Assembly (NCBI GenBank): GCA_050183995.1
Contig: JBFXAT010000003.1
Coordinates: 48,616-112,615 of the forward strand
DNA from: Vicinamibacterales bacterium
GTDB taxonomy: Bacteria; Acidobacteriota; Vicinamibacteria; Vicinamibacterales; CAVVIG01
Direction of reading: 5' to 3'
Length of the DNA stretch: 64,000 nucleotides
Shown: piece after piece, positions 50,531-59,542 of the stretch
How the letters are laid out: the number at the start of each line of letters is the position of its first letter
Numbering within the stretch: position 1 is the first letter of the stretch
Translations under genes and position numbers: made by a program
The notes under the pieces: model-generated
Seen by the model: the letters and a program-made list of their open reading frames with translations, nothing else
The model's database searches: none
Told to the model about the DNA's origin: nothing

Positions 50531-52912
50531 CTACATTCCCACGCGGACACCGACCCTGAAGGTCCGCGGCAGCCCTGGGCGCGACACGTAATCGGCCACC
50601 GGAGCATCCTCGATTGCCGCCGGCGATCGCGGGTCCCGAATGCGCGTGGAGAAATAGTACGCCTCGTCTTCGTATCGCCGGTCGAACAGGTTGAAGCCCT
50701 GGAAGACGATCCGAATGCGAGGCGCGACCTGATACTCCGCCTGGGCGTTCATCACGAGGGAGCTCTGGAGGAAGATCGATTCGTCGGGCACGAGCGGCCG
50801 CCGTCCGACGTAGCGGCTTCGCAACGACGCGGCGAGCTTCGGCCGCGTGACGCTGACACCCGCCGTGATGACCGCCCGCGCCGTATCGGTGATCGCGCGT
50901 CCGATTCCCTCCGGGTCGATCCGGTACCGGGCCGACGACCACGCCGAGTCGAGGTCGATCGCGAGCCAGGGCCGCAGCCGAACGTAGTTCAACCATTCGA
51001 GGCCGAAGCGGCGCCCGGGCCGCTCGGGTGACGTGACGCCGTCCTCCGGCGTGTAGAGCAGCTCGGAATCCGATCCGAGATACCAGAGCGCCAGCGACAC
51101 CTGCGTCTGCCGCGCGGGCTGCATCCGCACGCCGACCTCCGCGCCGCGCGTCCGCACGATCGGCGGTGTGCCCTCCACCGCCGAACCGTCGTACCGCGTC
51201 GCGGCTCCGGTCACCGGGTCCACACGCTGCATCACACCCGCAGCGTGGTTGCTGTGAAACCCCAGTCCCGCATTGGTATAGATCTCCGTCTTCCTCCACG
51301 GACCGAAGACCACCGACGCTTTGGGGCTGACGATGGCGGCCTGTCTCACCCCGGAGTTCGCCGCGTGGCCCGCCCGCACGTCCATGCGCAGGGCGTCCGC
51401 GCGCGCGCCGGCGACGATGCGCATCCAGGGTGTGAGCTGGAGCCGTGCGTCCACGAAAGGCGAGATCGTCGTCTCGCCGATGCGCGTGTCGAAGACGAGG
51501 GCAGGCCGAAGCCGTCCCTCGTCGTCGAACTTGTCGCGAGGATCGCGGCCGACCGTGTTGCGAAGCCCGACCCGCGTGCGATCGTGGCGCGCCTGAAGTC
51601 CGGCAGTCAGCTCGACATGGCCGATCGCGGATTGGAGCGCGCGGGCGTAGCTGACGTGAGCGCCCGAGGAGATGCGTCGATCCGACTGTTGGATCTGATC
51701 GCCGTCCACGGCGCTGACCGTCCAGAACGTCAGGTTCGAAAAGAGGTCCATGTCGTAGTAGCGAACGTACGCGCCGGCGTTCAGGAGCGACGATCCGCTC
51801 GCCACCCGGCGCGACGCCACCACGAAGTGCTGCTGCGATCGCCCCCCGTTAGTCGGGTCGAGCGTGCCGAAGCGCGACATGTATCCGCGCTCCAGGGCGC
51901 GGCGCGGGTAGCCGTCGCTGGCGGTCCAGTCGGCGGCGTAGCTCGAGACCGTGAGACTGGAATGGCGATCCGCCGTTCCACTCGAGTAGCGCGCGAACGC
52001 CTTGTACCGTCCGTAGTCGTCCGGCACCACGTTGGGCCCATTGTCTTGGCTCGCTTCGGCCCCGAGGAGCAGACGATGGCCGTGGCGTTCGACCGATGTG
52101 CCTGCCGCCAGACGTACGAAGCCGAACCCGCCGCCCTCCACCCGTGCGAACGGCGCCGCGATCGAGTCGACGAGCTCGAAATTGGTGGAGCCGGCCGTTC
52201 CGAAGTTGCCGACGCGCGCCGAATACGGCCCCTTCTGAAAGTCGACCCGTTCGACGAGCTCGGGAATCAGGAAGTTGAGGTCGATGTACCCCTGGCCGTG
52301 CGCATGACTCGGCGCATTCAACGGCATCTGTTCCAGGAAGGCGGCGAAGTCGGTGCCGTGATCGAGGTTGTAGCCGCGCAGCAGGATGATCGGCGCGTGG
52401 CCGCCGCTGCTGTGCTGTGTCATCGCGACGCCCGGCACGACCTCCAGCAGGTCTCCCGCCTTGGTCAGTGGCCGCGCCGACAGCTCTGACCGGCCTACGG
52501 CACCCTCGCTCGCCGATGCGCTGACCCCGACCAGGCTCGACGCCCGCCCCTCGACGGTCATCGTCTCGCCGAACGGGCGGTACAGGGTCACGATGATCCG
52601 CCGGCCGCCGCCGCGAACGAAGTCGAAAGGCTCGGTCGCGTGAGCCTGGTAGCCCTCCGCCGTGGCCAGGATCGGCCCGCTGGCGCGATCGCCGTCAATC
52701 CTCAGGCAGTAGCCGCCCTCCATGGGGGTTGCGACAACCGGCCCGCCCTCGGCGAGGAGCTCGACGTGCGCCGGAACCGCGGCGCCGGCCAGGTCGACGA
52801 CTTCGATCGTCGCGGCGCAGGCGCCCGCCTCCTGTGCGGCGGCTGTGCCCGAGAGGAGCGCGAAAGGAAGACAACACGCGGCGGCGAAAACCTGAATTTT
52901 GTGCAATAACAC
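50531..52912 (-). CDS. TonB-dependent receptor with an N-terminal CarboxypepD_reg-like domain
   Basis: Signal peptide. Plug region LLEVVPGVAMTQHSSGGHAPIILLRGYNLDHGTDF...VERVDFQKGPYSARVGNFGTAGSTNF. Beta-barrel ending ...FRVGVRVGM. GTG start. Confidence 0.9.
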   Translation of the reverse strand: MLLHKIQVFAAACCLPFALLSGTAAAQEAGACAATIEVVDLAGAAVPAHVELLAEGGPVVATPMEGGYCLRIDGDRASGPILATAEGYQAHATEPFDFVRGGGRRIIVTLYRPFGETMTVEGRASSLVGVSASASEGAVGRSELSARPLTKAGDLLEVVPGVAMTQHSSGGHAPIILLRGYNLDHGTDFAAFLEQMPLNAPSHAHGQGYIDLNFLIPELVERVDFQKGPYSARVGNFGTAGSTNFELVDSIAAPFARVEGGGFGFVRLAAGTSVERHGHRLLLGAEASQDNGPNVVPDDYGRYKAFARYSSGTADRHSSLTVSSYAADWTASDGYPRRALERGYMSRFGTLDPTNGGRSQQHFVVASRRVASGSSLLNAGAYVRYYDMDLFSNLTFWTVSAVDGDQIQQSDRRISSGAHVSYARALQSAIGHVELTAGLQARHDRTRVGLRNTVGRDPRDKFDDEGRLRPALVFDTRIGETTISPFVDARLQLTPWMRIVAGARADALRMDVRAGHAANSGVRQAAIVSPKASVVFGPWRKTEIYTNAGLGFHSNHAAGVMQRVDPVTGAATRYDGSAVEGTPPIVRTRGAEVGVRMQPARQTQVSLALWYLGSDSELLYTPEDGVTSPERPGRRFGLEWLNYVRLRPWLAIDLDSAWSSARYRIDPEGIGRAITDTARAVITAGVSVTRPKLAASLRSRYVGRRPLVPDESIFLQSSLVMNAQAEYQVAPRIRIVFQGFNLFDRRYEDEAYYFSTRIRDPRSPAAIEDAPVADYVSRPGLPRTFRVGVRVGM

Positions 52913-52920
52913 AGAGTATT

Positions 52921-52949
52921 TTGATAACTCAAAATTGAGAAAGTGGCAA
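52921..52949 (-). promoter_or_regulatory. Candidate sigma-70 promoter of the TonB receptor, with a 12-bp palindrome in the spacer
   Basis: Minus strand reads TTGCCA-N17-TATCAA. The perfect palindrome CTCAAAATTGAG (52928..52939) sits between -35 and -10. The -10 element ends 8 nt before the GTG start. Confidence 0.5.
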
Positions 52950-53019
52950 CACGAAACTTCAGGTCACGCCGGAAAGTGGGCGCGAGCTCGCCGCTCCAGA
53001 CAGCTTGCCGCTCAGATGG

Positions 53020-53691
53020 TCAGGGCAGTTCGACGAGGAGCTTGGAGGCGGCGCGGGCGCCGATCGTGATCGCCGTGCCGCCGGCGACGACCAACTGAAC
53101 GGCGTCGGCCGCGGCATCGCGCGACTCGACCTCGATGGTCTGGCCCGGCTTGAGGTCGTTCTTCTCGACGAATCGAAGGAACGCGGGATCCTGATCGGCG
53201 ATGCGCGTCACGCGCAGGGGCCTGCCGACGGCGCAGGAGAGGAGGTTATCGTGCTGGTGGGCTGGCAGCGTGCCTTCCGGACCGGGGATCGGGTCGCCGT
53301 GCGGGTCGTGGGTCGGGTGCCCGAGCATCTCGTCGATCCGCTCGATCAGCCGATCGGACACAACGTGCTCGAGCTGTTCGGCGTCCTCGTGGACTTCGTC
53401 CCAGCTCATGCCCATGACCTGCACGAGGAACAGTTCGACGAGCCGGTGCCGCCGCAGGACGAGGCCGGCGAGCTTCTCACCCGACGCCGTCAGACGGACG
53501 CCGCTGTACGGCTCGTATTCCGCCAGTCCCGACTCCGCCAGCGCCTTGACCATCGTCGTGGCGGTTCCGGGCGTCACGCCGAGCGCGGCGGCCACATGAC
53601 CCATCGACACCAGGCGAGCGCCGTCGGCGAGCGCCACCTGGCCGTGGTAGATCGCTTTCAAGTAGTTCTCGACCGTGCTCGACGGAAGCAT
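53020..53691 (-). CDS. DtxR/IdeR/MntR-family metal-dependent transcriptional regulator with a C-terminal FeoA/SH3-like domain
   Basis: Shows VENYLKAIY...VSMGHVAAALGVTPGTATTMVKALAESGL...RRHRLVELFL...WDEVHEDAEQLEHV...HDPHGDPIP. Confidence 0.9.
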   Translation of the reverse strand: MLPSSTVENYLKAIYHGQVALADGARLVSMGHVAAALGVTPGTATTMVKALAESGLAEYEPYSGVRLTASGEKLAGLVLRRHRLVELFLVQVMGMSWDEVHEDAEQLEHVVSDRLIERIDEMLGHPTHDPHGDPIPGPEGTLPAHQHDNLLSCAVGRPLRVTRIADQDPAFLRFVEKNDLKPGQTIEVESRDAAADAVQLVVAGGTAITIGARAASKLLVELP

Positions 53692-53783
53692 GGCAGGCCG
53701 TATTATCCATCGGATGTTGCGGCGGCCGAGTTGTGGGGCCGCGCCCCGCCCACCCCGCCCGGGAAGCCGCTATCATCGCTGCG

Positions 53784-54512
53784 ATGTCGCTGCGCGCGCG
53801 CCTGGCCAGTTTCGAAGGCCGGCGCACGTACGCCCGCGCGCTTTTTGCGACGATCGCCGATCGCTACGACCTGATCACGGTGGTCCTGTCATTCGGACGC
53901 GATCTCGCCTGGAAGCGCCGGCTTTTGCGCCTGGCCGCCGCACGGCCCGGCAGCCGCGTGCTCGACCTGGCGACCGGCACTGGGGACATTGCATTCCTGC
54001 TCGAGGACGCCGGCGCCCGGGTCATCGGACTCGACGTCACGTGGCGCATGCTGCAACTCGCCGTCGCCAAGCGGCCGGCGCACGCCGGACCATCGTTCGT
54101 CTCCGCGGACATGATGGCGCTTCCGTTCGTCTCCTCGTCGTTCGAGGTCGTGACGACCGGTTACGGCCTGCGAAACGCGCCCGACCTAGGACGCGCGCTC
54201 GATGAGATCGCCCGTGTGCTGAAGCCTGGTGGGCAGCTCGTCTCTCTTGATTTCGAGCGGCCGGCGCATCCCGTGATCCGGTCCATCTACTTTGCGTATC
54301 TCGGGTTGGTCGGCGGCGCACTTGGCTGGCTGTTGCACCGCGACCCGGACACCTACCGCTACATCCCCGCGTCCATCCGCCGCTATCCTGACGCGGCCGG
54401 ACTCCGCAACGTGCTGCACGAGCGAGGGTTCGACGATGTCACGCGATTCCGGGTGCTTGGAGGGCTGCTCGCGATCCACCGGGCACGGCTGGGGGTTCGA
54501 GGCATCCGGTGA
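53784..54512 (+). CDS. ubiE: Demethylmenaquinone/ubiquinone C-methyltransferase family (UbiE/MenG)
   Basis: Shows FATIADRYDLITVVLSFGRDLAWKR...VLDLATGTGD...TTGYGLRNAPD...LKPGGQLVSLDF. Confidence 0.85.
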   Translation: MSLRARLASFEGRRTYARALFATIADRYDLITVVLSFGRDLAWKRRLLRLAAARPGSRVLDLATGTGDIAFLLEDAGARVIGLDVTWRMLQLAVAKRPAHAGPSFVSADMMALPFVSSSFEVVTTGYGLRNAPDLGRALDEIARVLKPGGQLVSLDFERPAHPVIRSIYFAYLGLVGGALGWLLHRDPDTYRYIPASIRRYPDAAGLRNVLHERGFDDVTRFRVLGGLLAIHRARLGVRGIR

Positions 54513-54570
54513 ACGGCTCGGGGGAAGCTAATGAAGGCTCGCGGAATCTAATGAACGGATGGGCTCGAGC
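54509..54570 (+). repeat. Three imperfect direct repeats upstream of the PilT-like gene
   Basis: gTGAACGGCTCGgggg / cTAATGAAGGCTCGcgg / cTAATGAACGGatGGGCTCGagc. CTAATGAA occurs twice (54528 and 54548) and TGAACGG twice. Confidence 0.5.
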
Positions 54571-54597
54571 CGACAATTCTCCTAGCGCACTCTACCC

Positions 54598-56388
54598 GTG
54601 ATTGGGGCGGAGGCGTCCCGTCCACCCATGACGCTCGTCCAGTCACTCCTTCAGGCCATCGTGCTGATGGATGGAGAAGCCCTCGTTCTCCACGTCGGCG
54701 ATCGCCCGTACGTCGTGTCGCAGAATGGCCAAATCAGTCTGGCCAAGAGCGGAATGACGAAGGAGTCGATCGCGGCGGTGATTCGGGAGCTGCTGCCGCC
54801 GGACTCGCAGCGCGCCCTGCGCGAGGTCGGCGCCACGCAGTGCGTCCTGCCGCACAACCCGCAGTTCTCCTCAGAGCGGTTCGTCGTTGTCGCGGCGCGC
54901 GGCGGCGACGACATGTGGGTCGAGATTCGCCGCGAGGAACGTCCGTTCGCGCTTGGAGGGGATGCGGGAGAGAGCCGCGAACGCGGCTTCTCGCTCGAGC
55001 CGGCATTCGACGCGGCCGACTCGGCCGACATGGTCGACACAGCCGACGCGGCCGAGCGCTCCGACGTTGTCGAGGCCTCCGACGCGCCAGACGCGCCCGA
55101 CACGCCCATGTTCGACACGCGCCGGGTTTCCGGCCATGGCGCCTTTGTCCTTCCGCCCTTCAAGTCTCCGGCGCTCGAGACGCCACACGAGATCGAGGCG
55201 GACACGACGGAGCTCGAGCCGCTCACGGCGGTCGTGCTCCCGCTGACCCGGACGCCGCTGCATCCCGATGCGCCGCCCCCGCTCGCCGAGCCGGTCCTGT
55301 CCGGCATCGACCGGCTGCTCCGCCTGGCGGCGGCGCGCGGGGCCTCGACGCTGTACCTGTCGTCCGGCGCACAGCCCTCCATCCGGCTGGACGGCGAAGT
55401 TCGGGCGCTCGATGGTGCCGCCGTGCTCGGCCCGAACGAAGTCGAGTCGCTGCTCCTGACGCTCATGCCCGAGCGCGGCGCGGAGGCGTTGCGGTCCGGC
55501 GCCGCCACCGAATGGACGTCGGAATTCGCGGACCTGGGCCGCGTGCGCTGTGTGAGCTTCCGCGACCATCGCGGGCCCGGCGGCGTCTTCCGGATGATGT
55601 CGCAGCGCGCCGTCACGACGGATCAACTCGGGCTGTCGCGCGAGATTCTCGGGCTGATCGGGGAGACCGACGGGGTGATCCTCGTGACCGGTCCGCGCCT
55701 GAACGGCAAGCGCACGCTCATGTCCGCGTGCGTCGATCACATCAATCGCACGCGGCGGGTGCACGTGATCACCGTCGAGCAGGAGATCCACACGGCTCAC
55801 GAGCGGGCGGGCTCGATCGTGAGTCAGCGCGAGGCGCGCGGCGCCGACGACATGATCGCCGTCGCGCGAAGCGCCCTGCGCGAAGACCCCGACGTGCTGG
55901 TGCTCGAGGACGTCCACAGTCCGGCGCTCGTCGACCTCGTGCTGCAGGCGGCCGCGTCCGGCCGCCTCGTGATCTGCGGCTTCACCGCGCGCAGTGCCAC
56001 CGCCGCCATCGACGGCATCATCGATCTGTTTCCGTCCCAGGAACAGCCCCGCGTGCGACTGGGGCTGGCGCAGCAGCTCCGCGGCGTGGTCGCTCAGGTG
56101 CTGCTGAAGAAGACCGGCGGAGGCCGGCTCGCCGCGCGCGAACTGCTGCTCAATACGCCGGCGGTCGCGAGTCTGCTGGCCGAGGGCAAGACGTCCCAGC
56201 TGCCCCTCGCCATCGAGGGCGCACGCAAGAATGGAATGGTGCCGCTCAACGACGCCCTGGGCGGCTTCGTTCAGAGCGGCGCGGCCGATGTGCGCGAAGC
56301 CTATCGGTGCTCGCCGGATCGTCCCGGACTCCTCGCGCTGCTGCAGCGGCAGGGGATCGACGTCTCCGCGCTCGAGCGCCTCGCCTGA
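54598..56388 (+). CDS. PilT/PilU-like protein with degenerate ATPase motifs and an extra N-terminal PilT-N-like domain
   Basis: C-terminal 340 aa are collinear with PilT: IDRLLRLAAARGASTLYLSSGAQPSIRLDGEV...VTGPRLNGKRT...VEQEIH...DPDVLVLEDVHS...SGRLVICGFTA...LLNTPAVASLLAEGK. The N-terminal 120 aa repeat the same N-domain pattern, joined by an acidic D/A linker. An alternative start is ATG 54628. Confidence 0.75.
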   Translation: MIGAEASRPPMTLVQSLLQAIVLMDGEALVLHVGDRPYVVSQNGQISLAKSGMTKESIAAVIRELLPPDSQRALREVGATQCVLPHNPQFSSERFVVVAARGGDDMWVEIRREERPFALGGDAGESRERGFSLEPAFDAADSADMVDTADAAERSDVVEASDAPDAPDTPMFDTRRVSGHGAFVLPPFKSPALETPHEIEADTTELEPLTAVVLPLTRTPLHPDAPPPLAEPVLSGIDRLLRLAAARGASTLYLSSGAQPSIRLDGEVRALDGAAVLGPNEVESLLLTLMPERGAEALRSGAATEWTSEFADLGRVRCVSFRDHRGPGGVFRMMSQRAVTTDQLGLSREILGLIGETDGVILVTGPRLNGKRTLMSACVDHINRTRRVHVITVEQEIHTAHERAGSIVSQREARGADDMIAVARSALREDPDVLVLEDVHSPALVDLVLQAAASGRLVICGFTARSATAAIDGIIDLFPSQEQPRVRLGLAQQLRGVVAQVLLKKTGGGRLAARELLLNTPAVASLLAEGKTSQLPLAIEGARKNGMVPLNDALGGFVQSGAADVREAYRCSPDRPGLLALLQRQGIDVSALERLA

Positions 56389-56410
56389 CGCCTGCCCTCG
56401 GGTGTCCGCG

Positions 56411-56836
56411 CTACTTCTCGACGAAGGGTTCCAGCTCGGCCATCAGGTACGCCAGGACGTGCTCTTCGGTGAGGTGGGGCACGCTGACCTCGGCGATCGC
56501 CCGCTCGTTCTCGATCACCCTCCGCCCTCGCGCACGGCTCGATCGCCCGACCACCAGCGGCTGTTCTCCGGCCGTGTCGAGCGACAGCTCGATGTAGTCC
56601 TCCGAGCTGCGATCCGACATCAGCCGGATGCTTCCGGACGGCGTGAAGACGCTGAACGGGTACCCGCTCGCCTTGAGCGCGCCCGCAACCTGCCTGAAGA
56701 TCGGCACGGCTATCGTCTCCAGGAACCCGCCGTACGCGCGCGCGGCTTCGTCGGCACGCGTGCGGCGTTCGGCGGCGGCCCGCTTGGCCCGTTCGATTGT
56801 GTCCGTCAGGCGTTTCCTGACGACCGAGGTTTCCAT
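56411..56836 (-). CDS. Hypothetical protein (141 aa) translationally coupled to the CoA-transferase
   Basis: METSVVRKRLTDTIERAKRAAAERR...GYPFSVFTPSGSIRLMSD...EEHVLAYLMAELEPFVEK. The ATG shares 1 nt with the upstream TGA. No family was recognised. Confidence 0.5.
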   Translation of the reverse strand: METSVVRKRLTDTIERAKRAAAERRTRADEAARAYGGFLETIAVPIFRQVAGALKASGYPFSVFTPSGSIRLMSDRSSEDYIELSLDTAGEQPLVVGRSSRARGRRVIENERAIAEVSVPHLTEEHVLAYLMAELEPFVEK

Positions 56837-58024
56837 CACACCACCCTTCGATCCCGCAGCCGCTGGACGTCGGCGGGAGTCAGGCCGAGATCGTGCTCGA
56901 GCACGTCGGCTGTATGTTGTCCAAGCACGGGCGGTGCGGTGCGAACCGAGGCCGGCGTGTCGGAGAATTTCAACGGCGTTCCGGTCATGTTGAGGCGTCC
57001 GACCGCCGGGTGCTCGATCGCCGCGAGCATCTCGCGCGCCAGCGTCTGCGGATCCGAGAACACCTCGTGTAGATCGCGCACCGATCCGCACGGGACGCCG
57101 GCCGCCTGTAGCCGCTCGATCCAGTGCGCGCGCGGCGCGGCGATCAAGCAGGCATCGAGCGCCGGTTTCAGTTCGGCGTACCCCGTCACGCGCTGACGAT
57201 TGGTCGCCCACCGCTCGTCGGCCGGGAACCCGCTGACCGCGCAGAAGCGCTGCCACTGATCGTCGTTGCCGACCGCGACGACGAACTCGCCGTCGGAGGC
57301 GCGGAAGGTCTCGTAGGGAACGATCGTCGGATGGCGGTTGCCGAGTCGCGGCGGCGCCGATCCGGTCGCGAAGTAGATACCCGCTTGATACGTCAGCAGG
57401 GCGATCACCGAATCGAGCATCGAGATGTCGACCTTCTGTCCCTGACCCGTGCGCGTGCGCGCGAGGAGGGCGGCGGTGATCCCTTGCGCCGCGAACATGC
57501 CGGACACGATGTCGGCAATCGCGACGCCCACGCGGTACGGGGGGCCGTCTGGTGAGCCGGTGATGCTCATCAGTCCGCCTTCGGCCTGAATCACCGCGTC
57601 GTACCCCGCCTCTGCCGCGCGAGGACCGGTGTGCCCGAACCCGGACACGGAGCAGTAGACCAGCCGCGGGTATCGGGCGGCGATCGCGTCGTAGTCGAGG
57701 CCCTGGCGCGCCAGCGTTCCCGGACGGAAGTTCTCGACCAGCACGTCCGCTCGCTCCAGCAGCCGCTCGAGCAGGGCACGCCCCTCGGGCTGCTTGAAGT
57801 CGAGCGTCACGCTCTCCTTGTTGCGGTTGATGCTCAGGAAGTAGGCGCTCTCGCCTTCGACGAACGGCGGACCCCATGCGCGCGTGTCGTCGCCCTTGCC
57901 GGGCTGCTCGACCTTGATCACCCGGGCGCCCATGTCGGCCAGCATCATCGTGCAGTAGGGACCCGACAGTACGCGTGTGAGATCGACGACCGTAATACCC
58001 TGCAGCGGAGTCATCAGAGAGCGA
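56836..58024 (-). CDS. Family III CoA-transferase (CaiB/BaiF)
   Basis: Shows MTPLQGITVVDLTRVLSGPYCTMMLADMGARVIKVE...NFRPG...GYDAVIQAEGGLMSITG. Confidence 0.9.
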
Positions 58025-58073
58025 CTAGTATGACTGAAGCCAGCGTTCGTGCCAGCGTACAGCGAGGGACACC

Positions 58074-58781
58074 ATGCATCGTTTCGCGCCCGTGGGGGCC
58101 ATCGTTTTCGTTCTCGCCGCCGCTGCGGCTTCCGCCCAGGATGCACCGCGACCCCCCCTTCCGACCATTGTCACGACCGGTGAGGGTGTCGTGCGGCGCC
58201 CGCCCGATCAGGCGTTCGTGACCGTTGCCGTCGAAACACGGGCCCGCAGCCCGCGCGACGCGCAGCAGCAGAACGCCGAGGCCATGTCGGCGGTGCAGCA
58301 GCGCATCGCCCGCGCCAACATTTCGCCGCAGGACGTCCGCACGACCGGCTATTCGATCCATCAGGAGTTCGACTACCCGAATGGCAAGCAGACGCCGCGG
58401 GGGTACGTCGCTCGCAACGGCGTCGAGGTGCGGCTCGACGAGGTCGACCGCGTCGGCGATCTGCTCGATGCGCTGGTGGACGCCGGTGCCACGACGGTCG
58501 CCGGCGTGCGATTCGATCTCGAAGACCGCAGCGGCGCGGAGCGCGAAGCGCTGCGTCTCGCGGTCACCGATGCACGGGCGCGCGCCGATGCGATGGCCGC
58601 AGGCGCCGGCGTCACGATCGAACGCGTGCTGCGTGTCACCGACACGGTTCAGCCGCCGGTCCGGCCGATGCCCGAGATGGCGATGCGCGCGGCCATGGCT
58701 CCGGCGCCGGAATCGACGCCGGTCGAGGCAGGGCTCATCGAAGTCCACGCGCGCGTGGAGCTCACGGCGGTGATCAGGTGA
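58074..58781 (+). CDS. SIMPL (DUF541) domain-containing periplasmic protein
   Basis: Signal peptide, then TIVTTGEGVVRRPPDQAFVTVAVETRA...GYVARNGVEVRL...EAGLIEVHARVELTAVI. Confidence 0.85.
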   Translation: MHRFAPVGAIVFVLAAAAASAQDAPRPPLPTIVTTGEGVVRRPPDQAFVTVAVETRARSPRDAQQQNAEAMSAVQQRIARANISPQDVRTTGYSIHQEFDYPNGKQTPRGYVARNGVEVRLDEVDRVGDLLDALVDAGATTVAGVRFDLEDRSGAEREALRLAVTDARARADAMAAGAGVTIERVLRVTDTVQPPVRPMPEMAMRAAMAPAPESTPVEAGLIEVHARVELTAVIR

Positions 58782-59479
58782 CCACCGCGCCGCGTCGAGC
58801 CTCCCGAAGGGCCGCTGCCCCGCCAGCCACGATCCTGGAGCCGGTCCGGCAGTCCCTCGACGCCGACGGATACGCGCGGGCGCGCCGCGTGTTGATGCGG
58901 CGCGATCCGGTGCTCGGGGCGCTCATCAAGGCGATCGGCCCGTGCCGGATGGCCGATCGCCAGCGCAACGATCACCTCACCGCGCTGACCGGTTCGATCG
59001 TGAGCCAGCAGGTGTCCACCCGCGCCGCCGCCACGATCTTCGGCCGCTTCCTGGCGCTGTTTCCCGACGCGCCGCCGCTTCGCGCCGAGGCGATCGCGGC
59101 GCTCGACGATGTGGCCTTGCGGGGAGTGGGGCTGAGCGGACAGAAGGTGCGCTACGTTCGCGATCTGTGCGAGCGGATCGTCGATGGACGGCTCCGGCTC
59201 GATGAGCTCGACGACCTGGCTGACGCCGCGGTGATCGCGCGTCTGACCGAGGTCAAAGGGTTCGGGCGCTGGACGGCCGAGATGTTCCTGATGTTCCGGC
59301 TCCATCGTCCGGACGTGTTACCGGTCGGAGACCTGGGAATCGTGAACGCCGTGCAGCGCCTCTACAAGCTTCGGAAGAGACCGGACGCGCGGAAGCTGGA
59401 AAAGATCGGCGAGGCGTGGCGTCCGTACCGGTCGGTTGCCAGCTGGTATCTGTGGCAATCGCTGAAGTCGACACCTTGA
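58778..59479 (+). CDS. DNA-3-methyladenine glycosylase II family (HhH-GPD, AlkA-like)
   Basis: Shows IVSQQVSTRAAATIFGRF...LRGVGLSGQKVRYVRDL...LTEVKGFGRWTAEMFLMF...PDVLPVGDLG...WRPYRSVASWYLW. Confidence 0.88.
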   Translation: MTTAPRRASRRAAAPPATILEPVRQSLDADGYARARRVLMRRDPVLGALIKAIGPCRMADRQRNDHLTALTGSIVSQQVSTRAAATIFGRFLALFPDAPPLRAEAIAALDDVALRGVGLSGQKVRYVRDLCERIVDGRLRLDELDDLADAAVIARLTEVKGFGRWTAEMFLMFRLHRPDVLPVGDLGIVNAVQRLYKLRKRPDARKLEKIGEAWRPYRSVASWYLWQSLKSTP

Positions 59480-59542
59480 ACCAGGCTCGTCGAGGTATCC
59501 CTCGGTCCCTCAAATCGTCAGAGCCCCAAGTTCCCTCAATCG

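Noticed and set aside
54990-55110. Repetitive GAC/GCC-rich DNA in the PilT-like gene, and similar repeats at 34427..34471, considered as CRISPR-like or satellite repeats.
   Set aside because: They are in-frame coding repeats (acidic D/A linkers). There is no spacer-repeat periodicity and no cas genes.
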